This document shows positions 46,043 through 61,621 of a stretch of DNA of 64,000 nt, one piece after another. The notes under the pieces were generated by a model that made no database searches, was not told where the DNA came from, and worked only from the letters and a program-made list of their open reading frames with translations. How positions within the stretch are numbered: position 1 is the first letter of the stretch; the number at the start of each line of letters is the position of its first letter. The DNA is from the human T2T-CHM13v2.0 reference genome, Homo sapiens, in the NCBI RefSeq assembly GCF_009914755.1, contig NC_060936.1, one strand, 5' to 3'. A program made the translations under genes and the position numbers.

Positions 46043-47807
46043 TGTATAAATGTCTTCTTTTGAGAAGTATCTGTTCAGGTCCTTCACCCACTTTTTGATG
46101 GAGTTGTTCATTTTTTTCTTGTAAATTTGTTTAAGTTCCTTGTAGATTCTCGATATTAGCCCTTTGTCAGATGGGCAGATTGCAAAAATTTTCTCCCATT
46201 CTGAACAGGTTGCCTGTTCACTCTGATGATAGTTTCATTTGCTGTGCAGAAGCTCTTTAGTTTAATTTGATCCCATTTGTCTGCTTTGGCTTTTATTGCC
46301 ATTGCTTTTGGTGTTTCAGTCATGAAGGCTTTGCCCATGCCTATGTCCTGAGTGGTATTGCCTAGGTTTTCTCCTGGGGTTTCTAAAGTTTTAGGTTTTA
46401 TGTTTAAGTCTTTAATCCATCTTGAGTTAATTTTTGAATAAGGTGTAAGGAAGGGTCAGTTTTCTGCATATGGCTAGCCAGTTTTCCCAGCACCATTTAT
46501 TAAATAGGGAATTATTTCCTTATTGCTTGTTTTTGTCAGGTTTGTTGAAAATCAGGTGATTGTAGTTGCGTGGCGTTATTTCTGAGGGCTCTGTTCTGTT
46601 CCATTGGTCTATATATCTGTTTTGGTACCAGTACCATGCTGTTTTCATTACTGTAGCCTTGCAGTACAGTTTGAAGTCAGGTAGTGTGATGCCTCCAGCT
46701 TTGTTCTTTTTGCTTAGGATTGTCTTGGCTATGCAGGCTCTTTTTTGGTTCCATATGAAATTTAAAGTAGTTTTTTTCTAATTCTGTGAAGAAAGTCAAC
46801 AATACCTTGATGGGAATGGCATTGAATCTATAAATTACTTTGGGTAGTATTGCCATTTTCGTGATATTGATTCTTCCCTTCCATGAGCATGGAATGTTTT
46901 TCTATTTGTTTGTGTCCTCTCTGATTTCCTTGAGCAGTAGTTTGTAGTTGTCCTTGAAGAGGTCCTTCATTTCCCTTGTAAGTTGTATTCCTAGGTATTT
47001 TATTTCTTTGTAACAATTGTGAATGGGAGTTCACTCATGATTTGGCTCTCTGCTTGTCTATTATTGGTGTATAAGAATGCTTGTGATTTTTGCACATTGA
47101 TTTTTTATCCTGAGAGTTTGCTGAAGTTGCTTGTCAGCTTAAGAAGTTTGTGGGCTGAGACGATGGGGTTTTCTAAATATACATTCATGTCGTCTGCAAA
47201 CAGAGACAATTTGACTTCCTCTCATTCTATTTGAATGCCTTTTATTTCTTTCTCTTGCCCAATTGCTCTGTCCAGAACTTCCAATGCTATGTTGAATAGG
47301 AGTGGTGAGAGAGGGCACCTTTGTCTCGTTCCAGTTTTCAAAGGGAATGCTTCCAGCTTTTGCCCATTCAGTATGATATTGGCTATGGTTTTGAAATAAA
47401 TAGCTCTTGTTATTTTGAAATATGTTCCATCAGTACTTAGTTTATTAAGTTTTTAGCTTGAAAGTGTGTTGAATTTTATCAAAGGCCTTTTCTGCATGTA
47501 TTGAGATAATCATGTGGGTTTTGTCATTGGTTCTGCTTATGTGATGGATTACGTTTATTGATTTGTATATGTTGAACCAGCCTTGCATCCCAGGAATGAA
47601 GCTGACTTGATCATGGTGGTTAAGCTTTTTGATGTGCTGCTGGATTCAGTTTGCCAGTATTTTACTGAGGATTTTCACGTCAATGTTCCTCAGCGATATT
47701 GCCCTGAAATTTTCTTTTTTTATTGTGTCTCTGCCAGGTTTTGGAATCAGGATGATGCTGGCCTCGTAAAATGAGTTATAGAGGATTCCCTCTTTTTCTG
47801 TTGTTTA

Positions 47808-47966
<159 letters not shown>

Positions 47967-50900
47967 CTAGTTTAGTCTTGGGAGGGTGTTTGTGTTCAGG
48001 AATTTATCTATTTCTTCTAGATTTTCTAGTTTATTTGCATAGAGGTGTTTATAGTATTCTCTGATGGTAGTTTGTATTTCTGTGGCATCGGTGTTGATAT
48101 CACCTTTATCATTTTTTATTGCGTCTATTTGATTCTGCTCTCTTTCCTTCTTTATTAGTCTGGGTAGTGGTTTATATATTTTGTTGATATTTTCAAAAAA
48201 CCAGCTCTTGGATTCATTGATTTTTTGAAGGGTTTTTTGTGTCTCTATCTCTTTCAGTTCTGCTCTGATCTTAGTTATTTCTTGTCTTCTGCTAGCTTTT
48301 GAATTTGTTTGCTTCTGCTTCTCTAGTTTTTTTAATTGCGATGTTAGGGTGTGGATTTTAGATCTTTCCTACTTTCTCCTTTGGGCATTTTGTGCTATAA
48401 ATTTCCCTCTAAACACTGCTTTAACTGTGTCCCAGAGACTCTGGTGCATCAACCAGTAAGTTGATCTTATTGGTTTTAAATAACTTATTTATTTCTGTCT
48501 TTTTGCATTATTTATCCAGTAATCATTCAGGAACAGGTTGTTCAGTTTCCGTGTAGTTGTGTGGTATTGAATGAATTTCTTAATCCTAAGTTCTAATTTG
48601 ACTGCACTGTGGTCCAAGAGACTGTTATATTTCCTTTATTTTCCATTTGCTGAGGAGTGTTTTACTTCCAATTATGTGGTCAATTTTAGAATAAGTGCGA
48701 TGTGGTGCTGAGAAGAATGTATATTCTGTTGATTTGGGGTGGAGAGTTCTGTAGATGTCTATTAGGTCAGCTTGATCCAGAGCTGAGTTCAAGTTCTGAA
48801 TATCCTTGTTGATTTTCTGTCTCGTTGATCTGTCTAATATTGACAGTGGGGTATTAAAGTCTTCCATTATTATTGTATGGGAGTCTCTCTTTGTAGGTCT
48901 CTAAGAACTTGCTTTATGAATCAAGGTGCTCCTGTATTGGGTGCATATATATTTAGGATAGTTAGCTCTTCTTGTTGCATTGATTCCTTTACCATTATGT
49001 AATGCGCTTCTTTGTCTTTTTTTATCTTTGTTGGTTTAAAGTCTGTTTTATCAGAGACTAGGATTGCAAGTCCTGTTTTTTTTTTTTTTTTGGCTTTCCA
49101 TTTGCTTGGTAAATATTCCTCCATCCCTTTATTATGAGCCTATGTGTGTCTTTGCACATGAGATGGGTCTCCTGAATACAGCTCACTGATGAGTCTTGAC
49201 TCTTTATCCAATTTGCCAGTCTGCATCTTTTAATTGGGGCATTTAGACCATTTACATTTAAGGTTAGTGTTGTTATGTGTGAATTTGATCCTGTCATCAT
49301 AATGCTAGCTGGCTGTTTATTAGTTGATGCAGTTTCTTCATAGTGTCATTGGTCTTTTTATTTTGGCATGTTTTTTCAGTGCCTGGTACCAATTGTTCTT
49401 TTCCATATTTAGTGCTTCTTTCAGGGGCTCTTGTAAGGCAGGCCTAGTGGTAATAAAATCCCTCCGCATTTGCTTTGTATGTAAAGGATTTTATTTCTCC
49501 TTCACATATGAAGCTTAGTGTGGCTGGATATGAGATTCTGGGTTAAAAATTCTTTTCTTTAAGAATATTGAATATTGGCTACCACTGTCTTCTTGCTTGT
49601 AGGGTTTCTGCTGAGAGATCCGCTCCTATTCTGATGGGCTTCCCTTTGTAGGTAACTTGACCTTTCTCTCTGGCTGCCCTTAATATTTTCCCCTTCATTT
49701 CAACCTTGGAGAATCTGATGATTATGTGTCTTGGGGTTGCTCTTCTCAAAGAGTATCTTAGTGGTGTTCTCCCTATTTCCTGAATTTGAATGTTTGCCTG
49801 TCTTGCTACGTTGGGGAAGTTCTCCTGGATAATATCCAGAAGAGTGTTTTCCAACTTGGTTCCATACTCCCTGTCACTTTCAGGGACCCCAATCAATTGT
49901 AGGTTTGGTCTTTTCACATAGTCCCATATTTCTTGCAGGCTTTATTCATTCCTTTTCATTCTTTTATCTCTAATTTTGTCTTCATGCCTCATTTCAGTAA
50001 CTTGATCTTCAATCTCTGATATCCTTTCTTCCATTTGATCGATTTGGCTATTGATTCTTGTGTATGCTTCACGAAGTTCTCGTGCTGTATTTTTCAGCTC
50101 CATCAGGTCATTTATGTTCTTCTCTAAACTGGTTATTCTAGTTAGCAGTTCCTGTAACCTTTTTTCAAAGATCTCAGCTTCCTTGCATTCTGTTATAACA
50201 TGCTCCTTTAGCTCGCAGGAGTTTGTTATTACCCACCTTCTGAAGCCTACTTCTTTCATTTTGTCAAACTAATTCTCTGTCCAGTTTTGTGCCCTTGTTG
50301 GAGAAGAGTTTCGATCATTTGGAGGAGAAGAGGCATTCTGGTTTTTGGAATTTTCAGCCGTTTTGCACTGGTTTTTCCTCATCTTCATGGATTTATCTAT
50401 CTTTGATCTTTGAAGTTGGTGACCTTTGGATGGTGTTTCTGTGTGGGGGTTCTTTTTGTTGATGTTGATGTTATTGCTTTCTGTTTGTTAGTTTTTCTTC
50501 TTACAGTCAGGCCCCTCTTCTGCAGGACTGCTCCAGACCCTATTTGTCTGGGTATCACCAGCAGAGGCTGCATAGCAGCAAAGATTGCTGTTGCCTGCTC
50601 CTTCCTCTGGAAGCTTTGTCCCAGAGGGGCACTGGCCTGATGTCAACCAGAGCTCTCCTGTATGACGTGTCTGTCAATCCCTGTTGGGAAGTCTCTGCCA
50701 GTTAGGAGGCACAGGAGTCAGGGACCAACTTGAGGAGGCAGTCTGTCCTTTAGCAGAGCTCGAGCCCTGTGCTTGGAGAACCCTCCTTCTCAGGATCTGT
50801 TGCTCTCTTCAGAGCCAGCAGGCAGGAATATTTAATTCTGCTGAAGCTATATCCACATCTGCCCCTTCCCCCAGGTGCTCTTAAGCAGTGAGATGGGAGT

Positions 50901-51287
50901 TTTATCTATAAGACCCTGACTGGGGCTGCTGCCTTTCTTTCAGGGATGCCCTGACCAGTGAAGAGGAATTTAGAGAGGCCGTCTGACCACAGCTGCTTTG
51001 CCATGCTGCATTGAGTTCTGCCTAGTCCTTGGTAATGGCAGGGGAAAACTGCTTACTCAAACCTCAGTAATGGTGATGCCCCTCCCACTACCAGGTTGGA
51101 TCCTCTCAGGTTGACTTCAGACTGCTGTGCTGGCAGTGAAGATTTCAAGCCAGTGGTGTTTAGCTCGCTGGGCTCCATGGTAATGGGACCCACTTAGCGA
51201 GACCACTTGGCTTCCTGGTTTCAGCCCCCTTTCCAGGGGAGTGAATGGTTCTGTCTTGCTGGGGTTCCAGGTGCCACTGGGGTATGA

Positions 51288-51327
51288 AAACAAACAAACA
51301 AACAAACAAACAAACAAACAAACAAAC
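51288..51327. repeat. (AAAC)10 microsatellite in the L1PA8 5'UTR
   Basis: Direct read; the homologous site in L1PA7 (61203-61215) is a plain A run. Confidence 0.9.
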
Positions 51328-51886
51328 TCCTGCAGCTAGCACAGTGTCTGCTCGAACAGCCACCAAGTTTTGTGCCTGAAACCCAGGGCCCTTTTGGTGT
51401 ATGCACACAGGGAATCTCCTGGTCTGTGAATTGCAAAAATCATGGGAAAAGCATAGTACCTGCGCTGGATAGCACAGTCCCTCACTCGGCTGCGGAAGGG
51501 AGGCCCCCAACTCCTTGCACTTCCTGGGTGAGGCGATGCCCCACCCTGCTTCTGCTAGCCCTCCATGGGCTGCACCCACTACCTAATCTGTCCTCTCAGT
51601 TGGAAATGCAGAAATCACCCATCTTCTGTGTTGGTCTCGCTGGAAGCTGCCAGACGGGGCTGTTATTCAGCCATCTTCAAGTCTTGCTTTCAAATGTTTG
51701 AAGTATAAACCTAGAAGTGAGGTTTCTGGGTCATAAGGTAATTCTGTGTTTAACTTTTCTGAGTAACTGCCAAAGTGTTTTCCACAGCAGCTGCACCATT
51801 TTATATTGCCACCAATGATGGATAAGTATTCTTTTTTCTCCACATCCTCAACACTTCTTATTTTGTTTTCTTTTAATAATCATCCT

Positions 51887-52214
<328 letters not shown>

Positions 52215-52222
52215 TCATCATG

Positions 52223-52892
52223 TTTTTTCTTTTTTTCATTTACTATACTTTAATGCTTATGACATAATTTTTAAAGAGGAAAATATTAGTTGGGACAATG
52301 GAAGGAGTCAGATTTTTAGGTAACACTGGAAAATTTTAAGAAGAAACAGCAAGATGATACATGAAATTATATAGACCTTATGCCAAATCCTTTACTCAGA
52401 GGACAAAACTTGTTACATACAGATACAAAGCTTGTTTTGTACTGACTTGGAAATCCCAAACTTTTTCTGTGAACTTAATTAGGTGGTCCACCTTGCCTGT
52501 TCTGACACCTTTCTCAAAGACATAGTGAGGTATTGTACAACTATGCTGCTGAGTGGTGGTCCCATTGCTGGTATTTTTTTACTCTTTCTCTAAGATCATT
52601 TCATCCATATGTGCAATCCCATCAGCTCAGGGGAAGCATAAAGCATTTCCCACCTGCGTGTCTCACCTCTCAAATATGTCCTTATTTTATTGTAGGAGCA
52701 CAGGATTGTACCTTAGTTTTGCTGCTACCCACAACTCATGCTCTAATGCAACTGCCTCAGTGAGGCACACTGTGGTTAAACCCTTACTAAACGTTTTCAT
52801 CTTAAAGTCAAGTAATAAAGACATAAAATGAGCTCTGAAAGTATTCTTCAGAGGAAAGCAATGGAAGCATCATTTTTCAAAAAGTGCATGTG
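52223..52892 (-). pseudogene. Orphan polyadenylated retrocopy of non-repeat sequence (3'UTR fragment or orphan transduction)
   Basis: T tract 52223-52236; ATTAAA on the minus strand at 52249-52254; host L1MB motif ATCTCATTGTGGTTTT duplicated with divergence at 52212-52227 and 52893-52908. Confidence 0.7.
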
Positions 52893-54859
52893 ATTTTATT
52901 GTGGTTTTGATTTACATTTCCTTAATGATCAATGATGTTGAATGACTTTTCATGTATTAGCCATTTGTACATCTTTGGAGAAAAGTCTTTTCAAAATCCT
53001 TTGCCCATTTTAAAATTGGATAGTTTGTCTTTTTGTTGTTGAGTTGTAAGAGTTCTTTATACATATTTTTATATATTCTGAATACTAAACTCTTAATCTG
53101 ATATATGACTTGCAAATATTTTTTCCACTCTATAGATTGTCTTTTCATTTTATTTTTGTGTTAATATCTTTTGATGTGCAAAAATTTAATTTTTATGGAG
53201 TCTATCTCTTTTTCTTCATTGCTCATGCTCTTGATGTCAAATCTAAGAATTCATTGCCAAATCTGTGGTCATAAAGAGTTAATACTTTGTTTATTTTTAG
53301 TGACTTTAGAGTTCTTATTATTCTATTCTCTTTTTTGTTCATCTCTGCTCTAATTTTTATTACGTCCTTCCTTCTGCTAGCTTTGGATTTAGTTTGCTGT
53401 TCTTTTTCTAGCTCCTTAGATGTAATGCTTGGCTGATTTATAATCTTGTTTTCTTAATAAAATAGGCATTTACAGCTACATATTTTCTTCTAATCATTGT
53501 TTTAGCAACATCCCTAAGATTTGGTATACTGTGGTTGTTTTTTTTTTTTTTTCATTTATTTCAAAGTATAATTTCTCTAGTAATTTTTTCTTTGATCTAC
53601 TGATTATTTAAGAGCATACTGTTTAATTTCCATATATTTCTATATTTTTCAGCTTCCTTCTGTTGTTGACTTTTGTCTTCATTCCATCATGGTCAGAAAA
53701 CACTTTTTGTATAGTTTAATATTTTAACATTTATTGACAGTTTTTTTATAACCTCACAGAGTGTCAATCTAAAAAATATTCCATGAGGATTTGAAAAGCA
53801 TATCCATTTTGCTGTTATTGGGTAGACTGTTCCATGTATGTAGATTAAGTTTAATTGCTTTATAGTGCTATTCTTTCATCATTTATCATCTGTCTAGATA
53901 GTCTATTGATAATTAAAAGTGAGGTATTGAAGTTTCTAAATATTGTAGAACTGTCTCTCTAATTCTGTCAATGTTTTCTTCACATATTTTGGGGTTATGT
54001 TATTTGATGCATGTATATTTATAATTGTTATATCTTATTGATAAGACCTTTTAAAAATCAACGTACAATGTCCTTCTTTGTCTCTTTTAACTTTTTCTTA
54101 AAATTTATTTTTTCTGCTATTAGTATAGACACTCTAGCTGTCTATTGGTTACTAATTGCATGGAATATCTTTTTCATTATTTCACTTTCAACCTATTTGT
54201 GTCTTTAGGTCTAAACTGAATCTCTTGTAAACAGTATATAATTGGATCATTTAAAAATCCATTTTGCCAATCTGTCATTTAATTGGTGAGTTTAATAGAT
54301 TGACATTCAAAGTGATTACTGACAAATGGGAACTTATTTCTGCCATTTTGCTATTTTTAAAATCTTTTTTATTCCTCAATTTCTCTGTTACTGCCTTCTT
54401 TTTTATTTGAATTTTTTCTTAGTTTACCATTTTCATTCTCTATTTACTTCCTTTTCATATAGTTTCATTGAGTTATATTATTAGTGGTTACTATGGTCAT
54501 TATAGTTAACATCCTAAGTTTATAACAGTCTAGTTTGAATTGGTACCAACTGAGCTTGAATAGTATACATTAACTCTGCTTTTATCATATCCAGTTCTGT
54601 CCCCCTCTCAGGTTGTTATTGTCACAAATTACATCTTTATACATGGGTAACAATTAACATAGATTTATAATTATTTGTATTCATTTTTGTTTTAAATCAC
54701 ATAGGAAGCAAAGATATAGTTGTAAACAAACAATATAAAATACTAACTTCTATATATGCCTATACAATTATATTTACCATTGATATTTATTTCTCCCTAC
54801 AGCTCAAGTTACTATGTAGTGTCATTTCATTTCAGCCTGAAGGACTCCCTTTAGCATTT

Positions 54860-57800
54860 TTTTTCTTTTTCTTTTCTTTTTAACTATACGCTAAGTTCTG
54901 GGATACAAGTGCAGAACATGCAGGTTTGTTACATAGGTATCCACGTGCCATGGTGGTTTGCTGCACTCATCAACCCGTCATCTACATTAGGCATTTCTCT
55001 TAATGCTATCTCTCCCCTAGTTCTCCATCCTCTGACAGGCCCCAGTGTGCGATGTTCCCCTCCCTGTGTTTATGTGTTCTCATTGTTCAACTCTCACTTA
55101 TGAGTGAGAACATGCAGTGTTTGGTTTTCTGTTCCTGTGTTAGTTTGCTGAGGATGATGGTTTCCAGCTTCATCCACATCCCTGCAAAGGACATGACCTC
55201 ATCCTTTTTTATGGTTGCATAGTATTCCATGGTTTATATATGCCACATTTTATTTATCCAGTCTATCATTGATGGGCATTTGAGTTGGTTCCAAGTCTTT
55301 GCTATTGTAAATAGTGCTGCAATAAACATGCTGGTGCATGTGTCTTTATAGTAGAATGATTTATATTCCTTTGGGTATATACCCAGTAATGGGATTGCTG
55401 GATCAAATAGTATTTCTGGTTCTAGATCCTTGAGGAATCACCACACTGTCTTCCACAATGGGTGAACTAATTTACACTTCTGCCAACAGTGTAAAAGCAT
55501 TCCTATTTCTCCACATCTTCTCCAGCATCTGTTGTTTCTTGACTTTTTAATGATCACCATTCTAACCAAAGTGAGATGTTATCTCATTGTGGTTTTAATT
55601 TGCATTTCTCTTATGATCAGTGATGATGAGCTTTTTCTTCATGTTTATTGACTGCATAAATGTCTTCTTTTGAGAAGTGTCTGTTCATATCCTTTGCCCA
55701 CTTTTTGATGTGGTTGTTTGTTTTTTTTCTTGTAAATTGGTTTAAGTTTCTTGTAGATTCTGGATATTAGCCCTTTGTAAGATGGGTAGATTGCAAAAAT
55801 TTTCTCCCATTCTGTAGGTTGCCTGTTCATTCTGATGGTAGTTTCTTTTGCTGTGCAGAAGCTCTTTATTTTAATTAGGTTCCATTTGTCAATTTTGGCT
55901 TTTGTTGCCATTGCTTTTGGTGTTTTAAAGTCTTTGCCCATGCCTATGTCCCGAATGGTATTGCCTAGGTTTTCTTCTAGGGATTTATGGTTTTAGGTCT
56001 TACGTTTAAGTCTTTAATCCAGCTTGAGTTAAATTTTGTATAAGAAGTAAGGAAGGGGTCCAGTTTCAGTTTTCTGCATACGGCTAGCCAGTTTTTCCAA
56101 CATTACTTATTAAATAGGGAATCATTTCCCCATTGCTTGTTTTTGTCAGGTTTGTCAAAGATCAGGATGGTTATAGATGTGTGGCATTATTTCTGAGGCC
56201 TCTGTTCTGTTCCATTGGTCTATATGTCTGTTTTGGTACCAGTACCATGCTATTTTGGTTACTGTAGCCTTGTAGTATAGTTTGAAGTCAGGTAGCATGA
56301 TGCCTCCAGCTTTGTTCTTCTTGCTTAGGATTGTCTTGGCTATACAGGCTGTTTTTTGGTTCTATATGAAATTTAAAGTAGTTTTTTCTAATTCTGTGAA
56401 GACTGACAATGGTAGCTTGGTGTGGGATAGCATTGAATCTATGCATTACTTTAGGCAGTATGGCCATTTTCACAATATTGATTCTTCCTATCCAGGAGCA
56501 TGGACTGTTTTTCCATTTGTTTGTGTCCTCTGTTATTTCCTTGTGCAGTGGTTTGTAGTTCTCCTTGAAGAGGTCCTTCGCATCCCTTGTAAGTTGGATT
56601 CCTAGGTATTTTATTCTCTTTGTAGCAATTGTGAATGGGAGTTCACTCATGATTTGGCTCTCTGCTTGTTTATTATTGGCATATGGGAATGCTTGTGATT
56701 TTTGCACATTGATTTTGTATCCTGAGACTTTGCTGAAGTTGCTTATCAGCTTAAGGAGATTTTGGGCTGAGATGATGGGGTTTTCTAAACATACAATCAT
56801 GTCATCTGCAAGCAGAGACAATTTGACTTCCTCTCATCCTATTTGAATACCCTTTATTTATTTCTCTCGCCTGATTGCCCTAGCCAGAACATCCAACACT
56901 ATGTTGAATAGGAGTAGTGAGAGAGGGCATTCTTGTCTGTGCCGGTTTTCAAAGGGAATGCTTTCAGCTTTTGCCCATTCAGTATGATATTGGCTGTGGG
57001 TTTGTCATAAATAGCTCTTATTATTTTGAGATATGTTCCATTGATACCTAGTTTATTGAGAGTTTTTATCATGAAGGGGTTTTGAATTTTATTGAAGGCC
57101 TTTTCTGTATCTATTGAGATAATCATGTGATTTTTGTCATTGGTTCTGTTTATGTGGTGGATTATTTTTATTGATTTTCATATGTTGAACCAGCCTTGCA
57201 TCCCAGGGATGATGCCAACTTGATCATGGCGGATAAGCTTTTTGATGTACTGCTGGATGCGTTTCCCAGTATTTTACTGAGTATTTTCGCATTGATGTTA
57301 ATCAGGGATATTGCCCTGAGTTTCTTTTTTTACTATGTCTTTGCCAGGTTTTGGTATCAGGATGATGCTGGCCTCATAAAATGAGTTAGGGAGGAGTTCC
57401 TCTTTTTCTACTGTTTGGAATAGTTTCAGAAAAAATGATACCAGGTCCCTTTTATATCTCTGGGAGAATTTGGCTCTGAATCCACCTGTCCCTGGGCTTT
57501 TTTTTTTTTTTTATTGGTTGGCTATTAATTATTGCCTCAATTTCAGAACTTGCTACTGGTCTATTCAGGGATTCAACTTCTTCCTGGTTTATACTTGGGA
57601 GGGTGTATGTGACCAGGAATTTATCCATTTCTTCTGGATTTTCTAGTTTATTTATATAGCGGTGTTTATAGTCTTCTCTGATGGTAGTTTGTATTTCTGT
57701 GGGATCAGTGGTGATACCTCCTTTATCATCTTTTATTGTGTCCATTTGATTCTTCTCCGTTTTCTTCTTTATTAGTGTGACTAGAGGTCTATCTATTTTG

Positions 57801-60800
57801 TTGATTTTTTCAAAAAACCAGCTCCTGGATTCCTTTTTTTTTTTTTGAGATGGAGTCTCCATCTGTTGCCCAGGCTGGAGTGCAGTTGTGCGATCTCGGC
57901 TCACTGCAACCTCCACCTCCCAAGTAGCTCGGACTACAGGCACATGCCACCACACCTGGCTAATTTTTGTATTTTTAATACAGACAGTGTTTCACCACAT
58001 TAGCCAGTATGGTCTTGATCTCCTGACCTTGTGACCCATATGCCTCTCAGCCTCCTAACGTGCTGGGATTACAGGCATGAGCCACTGTGCCCAGCCGGAT
58101 TCATTGTTTTTTTTTGAAGGGTTTTTCCTGTCTCTATCTCTTTCATTTCTGCTCTGATCTCAGTTATTTCTTGTCTTCTAGTATGTTTTGAATTTGTTTG
58201 CTCTTGCTTCTCTTGTTCTTTTAATTGTGATGTTAGGGTGTCGATTTTAGATCTTTCCCGCTTTCTCCTGTGGGCATTTAGTGCTATAAATTTTCCTCTA
58301 AACACTGCTTTAGCGATGTCCCAGAAATTCTGGTATGTTGTGTCTTTATTCTCATTGGTTTCATAGAACTTATTTATTTCTGCCTTAATTTTATTGGTTA
58401 CCCAGTAGTCATTCAGGAGCAGGTAGTTCAGTTTCCATGAAGTTGTGCAGTTTTAAGTGAGCTTCTTAATCCTGAATTCTAATTTGATTGCACTGTGGTC
58501 TGAGAGACTGTTTGTTATGATTTCCATTCTTTTGCATTTGCTGAGGAGTGATTTACTTCCAATTATGTGGTCAATTTTAGAATAAGTGTGATGTGGTGCT
58601 GAGAAGAATGTATATTCTGTTGATATGGGGTGGAGAGTTCTGTAGATGTCTATTAGGTCAGCTTGGTCCAGAATTGAGTTCAAGTTCTGAATATCCTTGT
58701 TAATTTTCTGTCTTGTTCATCTGTCTAATATTGACAGTGGGGTGTTAAAGTCTCCCATGATTATTGTGTGGGAGTCCAAGTCTCTTTGTAGGTGTCTAAG
58801 AACTTGTTTTATGCATCTTGGTACTCCTGTATTGGGTGCATATATATTTAGGATAGTTAGCTCTTCTTGTTGCATTGATCCCTTTATCATTTTGTAATGC
58901 CCTTCTTTGTCTTTTTTTATTTTTGTTGGTTTACAATCTGTTTTATAAGAGACTAGGATTGCAACCCCTGCTTTTTTTTTTTTTTTTTTTTTTTTTGCTG
59001 TCCATTTGTTTTGGTAAATTTCCTTCGTATTTTTATTTTGAGTCTGTGTGTGTCTTTGCATGTGAGATGGGTCTCCCGAATACAGCACACCAATGGGTCT
59101 TGACTCTTTTTCCAATTTGCCAGTCTACGTCTTTTAATTGGGGCATTTAGCCCATTTACATTTAAGGTTAGTTTTGCTATGTGTGATTTGATCCTCTCAT
59201 TATGATGCTACTTGGTTATTTTGTCTGTTATTTGATGCAGTTTCTTCATAGTGTCGATGGTCTTTACAATTTGGTTTGTTTTTTCAGTGGCTGGTACTGA
59301 TTGTTCCTTTCCATATTTAGTGCTTCCTTCAGAAGCTCTTGTATGGCAGGCCTGGTGGTGACAAAATCTCTCATCATTTGCTTGTCTGTAAAGGATTTTA
59401 TTTCTTCTTCTGTTATGAAGCTTAGCTTGGCTGGATATGAAATTCTGGGTTGAAAATTCTTTTCTTTAAGAATGTTGAATATTGACTCCCATTGTCTTCT
59501 GGCTTGTAGGGTTTCTGCCGAGAGACCCACTGTTAGTCTGATGGGCTTCTGTTTGTGGGTAGCCGGTCTTTGTCTCTGGCTCTCCTTAACATTTTTTCCT
59601 TCATTTCAACCTTGGTGAATCTGACAATTACATGTCTTGGGGTTGCTCTTCTCAGGGATTATTTTAGTGGTGTTCTCTCTATTTCCTGAATTTGAATGTT
59701 GGCCTGTCTTGCTAGGTTGGGGAATTTTCCCTGGGTAATATCCTGAAGAGTGTTTTCCAACTTGGTTCCATTCTCCTCGTCACTTTCAGGTACTCCAATC
59801 AAACGTGTGTTTGGTCTTTTCACATAGTCCCATATTTCTTGCAGACTTTGTTTGTTCCTTTTCATTCTTTTTTCTCTAATCTTGTCTTAATACTTTATTT
59901 CATTAAGTTGATCTTCAATCTTTGATATCCTTTCTTCCACTTGATCAATTTGGCTATTGATACTTGTGTATGCTTCATGAAGTTCTCATGCTGTATGTTT
60001 CAGCTCCATCAGGTTATTTATGTTCTTCTCTAAACTGATTATTCTAATTAGCAATTCCTCTAACTTTTTTCAAGGTTCTTAGTCCTTGCATTGGGTTAGA
60101 ACATGCTCCTTTAACTCAGAGGAGTTTGTTATTACTCACCTTCTGAAGCCTACTTCTGTCAAGTCATAAAACTCATTCTCTGTCCAGTTTTGTTCCCTTG
60201 ATGATGCGGAGCTGTGATCCTTTGAAGGAGAAGAAGTGTTGTGGTTTTTGGAATTTTCAGCATTTTTGCGCTGGTTTTTCTTCACCTTTGTGGATTTATC
60301 TACCTTTGGTCTTTGATGTTGGTGACTTTTGGATGGGGTTTCTGTGTGGACGTCCTTTTTGTTGATGTTGATGCTATTCTTTTCTGTTTGTTAGTTTTCC
60401 TTTTAAAAGTCAAGCCCCTCTGTTGCAGGTCTGCTTGGCTTTTGCTGGAGTCCACTCCAGACACTGTTTGCATGGGTATCACCAGCAGAAGCTACAGAAC
60501 AGCAGATTGCTGCCTATTCCTTCCTCTGGAAGCTTTGTCCCAGAGGGGCACCTGCCAGATGCCAGCCAGAGCTCTCCTGTGTGAGGTGTCTGTGTACACC
60601 TGCTGATAAGTGTCTCCCTGTCAGGAGGCATGGGGGTCAGGGACCCACTTGAGGAGGCAGTCTGTCTCTTAGCAGAACTTGAGTGCTGTTCTGGGAAATT
60701 CACTGCTCCCTTCAGAGTCAGCAGGCAGGGACGTTTAAGTCTGCTGAAGCTGTGTCCACAGCCACCCTTTCCCCCAGGTGCTCTGTCCCAGGGAAATGAG

Positions 60801-61621
60801 AGTTTTTTTCTATAAGCCCTTGAGTGGGGCTGCTGCCTTTCTTTCAGAGATGCCCTGCCCAGAGAGGAGGAATCTAGAGAGGCAGTCTGGCTACAACGTT
60901 TTTGCTGAGCTGTGGTGGGCTCTGCCCAGTTCAAATTTCCCAGTGGCTGTGTTTACACTGTGAAGGGAATACCACCTACTGAAACCTCAGTAATGGTGGA
61001 CACCCCTTCCCCCACCAAGCTGGAGCATCCCAGGTCAAATTCAGAATGCTGTGCTAGAATTTCAAGCCAGTGGATCTTAGCTTGCTGGGTCTGTGGGGGT
61101 AGGATCTGCTGAGCTAGACTACTTGGCTCCCTGCCTTCAGCCCCCTTTCCTGTGGAATGAATGCTTCTGTCTCGCTGGTGTTCCAGGTGCCACTGGGGTA
61201 TGAAAAAAAAAAAAACTCCTGCAGCTAGTTTGGTGTCTGCCCAGATGGCTGCCAAGTTTTGTGCTTAAAACCCAGGGCCCTGGTGGTGTAGGCACTGGAG
61301 GAAATCTCCTGGTCTGAGGGTTGTGAAGACTGTGGGAAAAGTGTAGTACCTGGGTACTCACGCACCGTTTCTCACACAACAGTCCCTCACAGCTTCCCTT
61401 GGCTAGGGGAGGGAGTTCCCCGACCCCTTGTGCTTCCCAGGTTAGGCAACGCCCCACACTGCTTTGTCTTGCCCTTCGATGGCTGCACCCACTGTCTAAC
61501 CCGTCCTAGTGAGGTGAGCCAGGTACCTCAATTGGAAATGCAGAAATCACCCACCTTGTGCATTGATCTCCCTGGGAGCTGCAGACTGGAGCTGTTCCTA
61601 TTTGGCCATCTTGCCAGCCAC
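54860..61621 (-). mobile_element. L1PA7-like, full length
   Basis: 3'UTR CAACCCGTCATCTACATTAGG; ORF2 (LLADD) and ORF1 remnants; 5' end GGAGCTGTTCCTATTTGGCCATCTTGCCAGCC; TSD CTCCCTTTAGCATTT (54845) / CTCCTTTAAGCATTT (61622). Confidence 0.92.
57834..58096 (-). mobile_element. AluSc-like in L1PA7 ORF2, ~30-bp internal deletion
   Basis: T tail, TTAGCCAGTATGGTCTTGATCTCCTGACCTTGTGA; CCTCCACCTCCCAAGTAGCT junction between two CCTCCC repeats; TSD GGATTC (57827 / 58097). Confidence 0.92.

Noticed and set aside
48446-48466. Short non-consensus patch ATCAAC-CAGTAA-GTTGAT in L1PA8 ORF2
   Set aside because: Looks like a small repair or template-switch scar in a dead element; too short to interpret.
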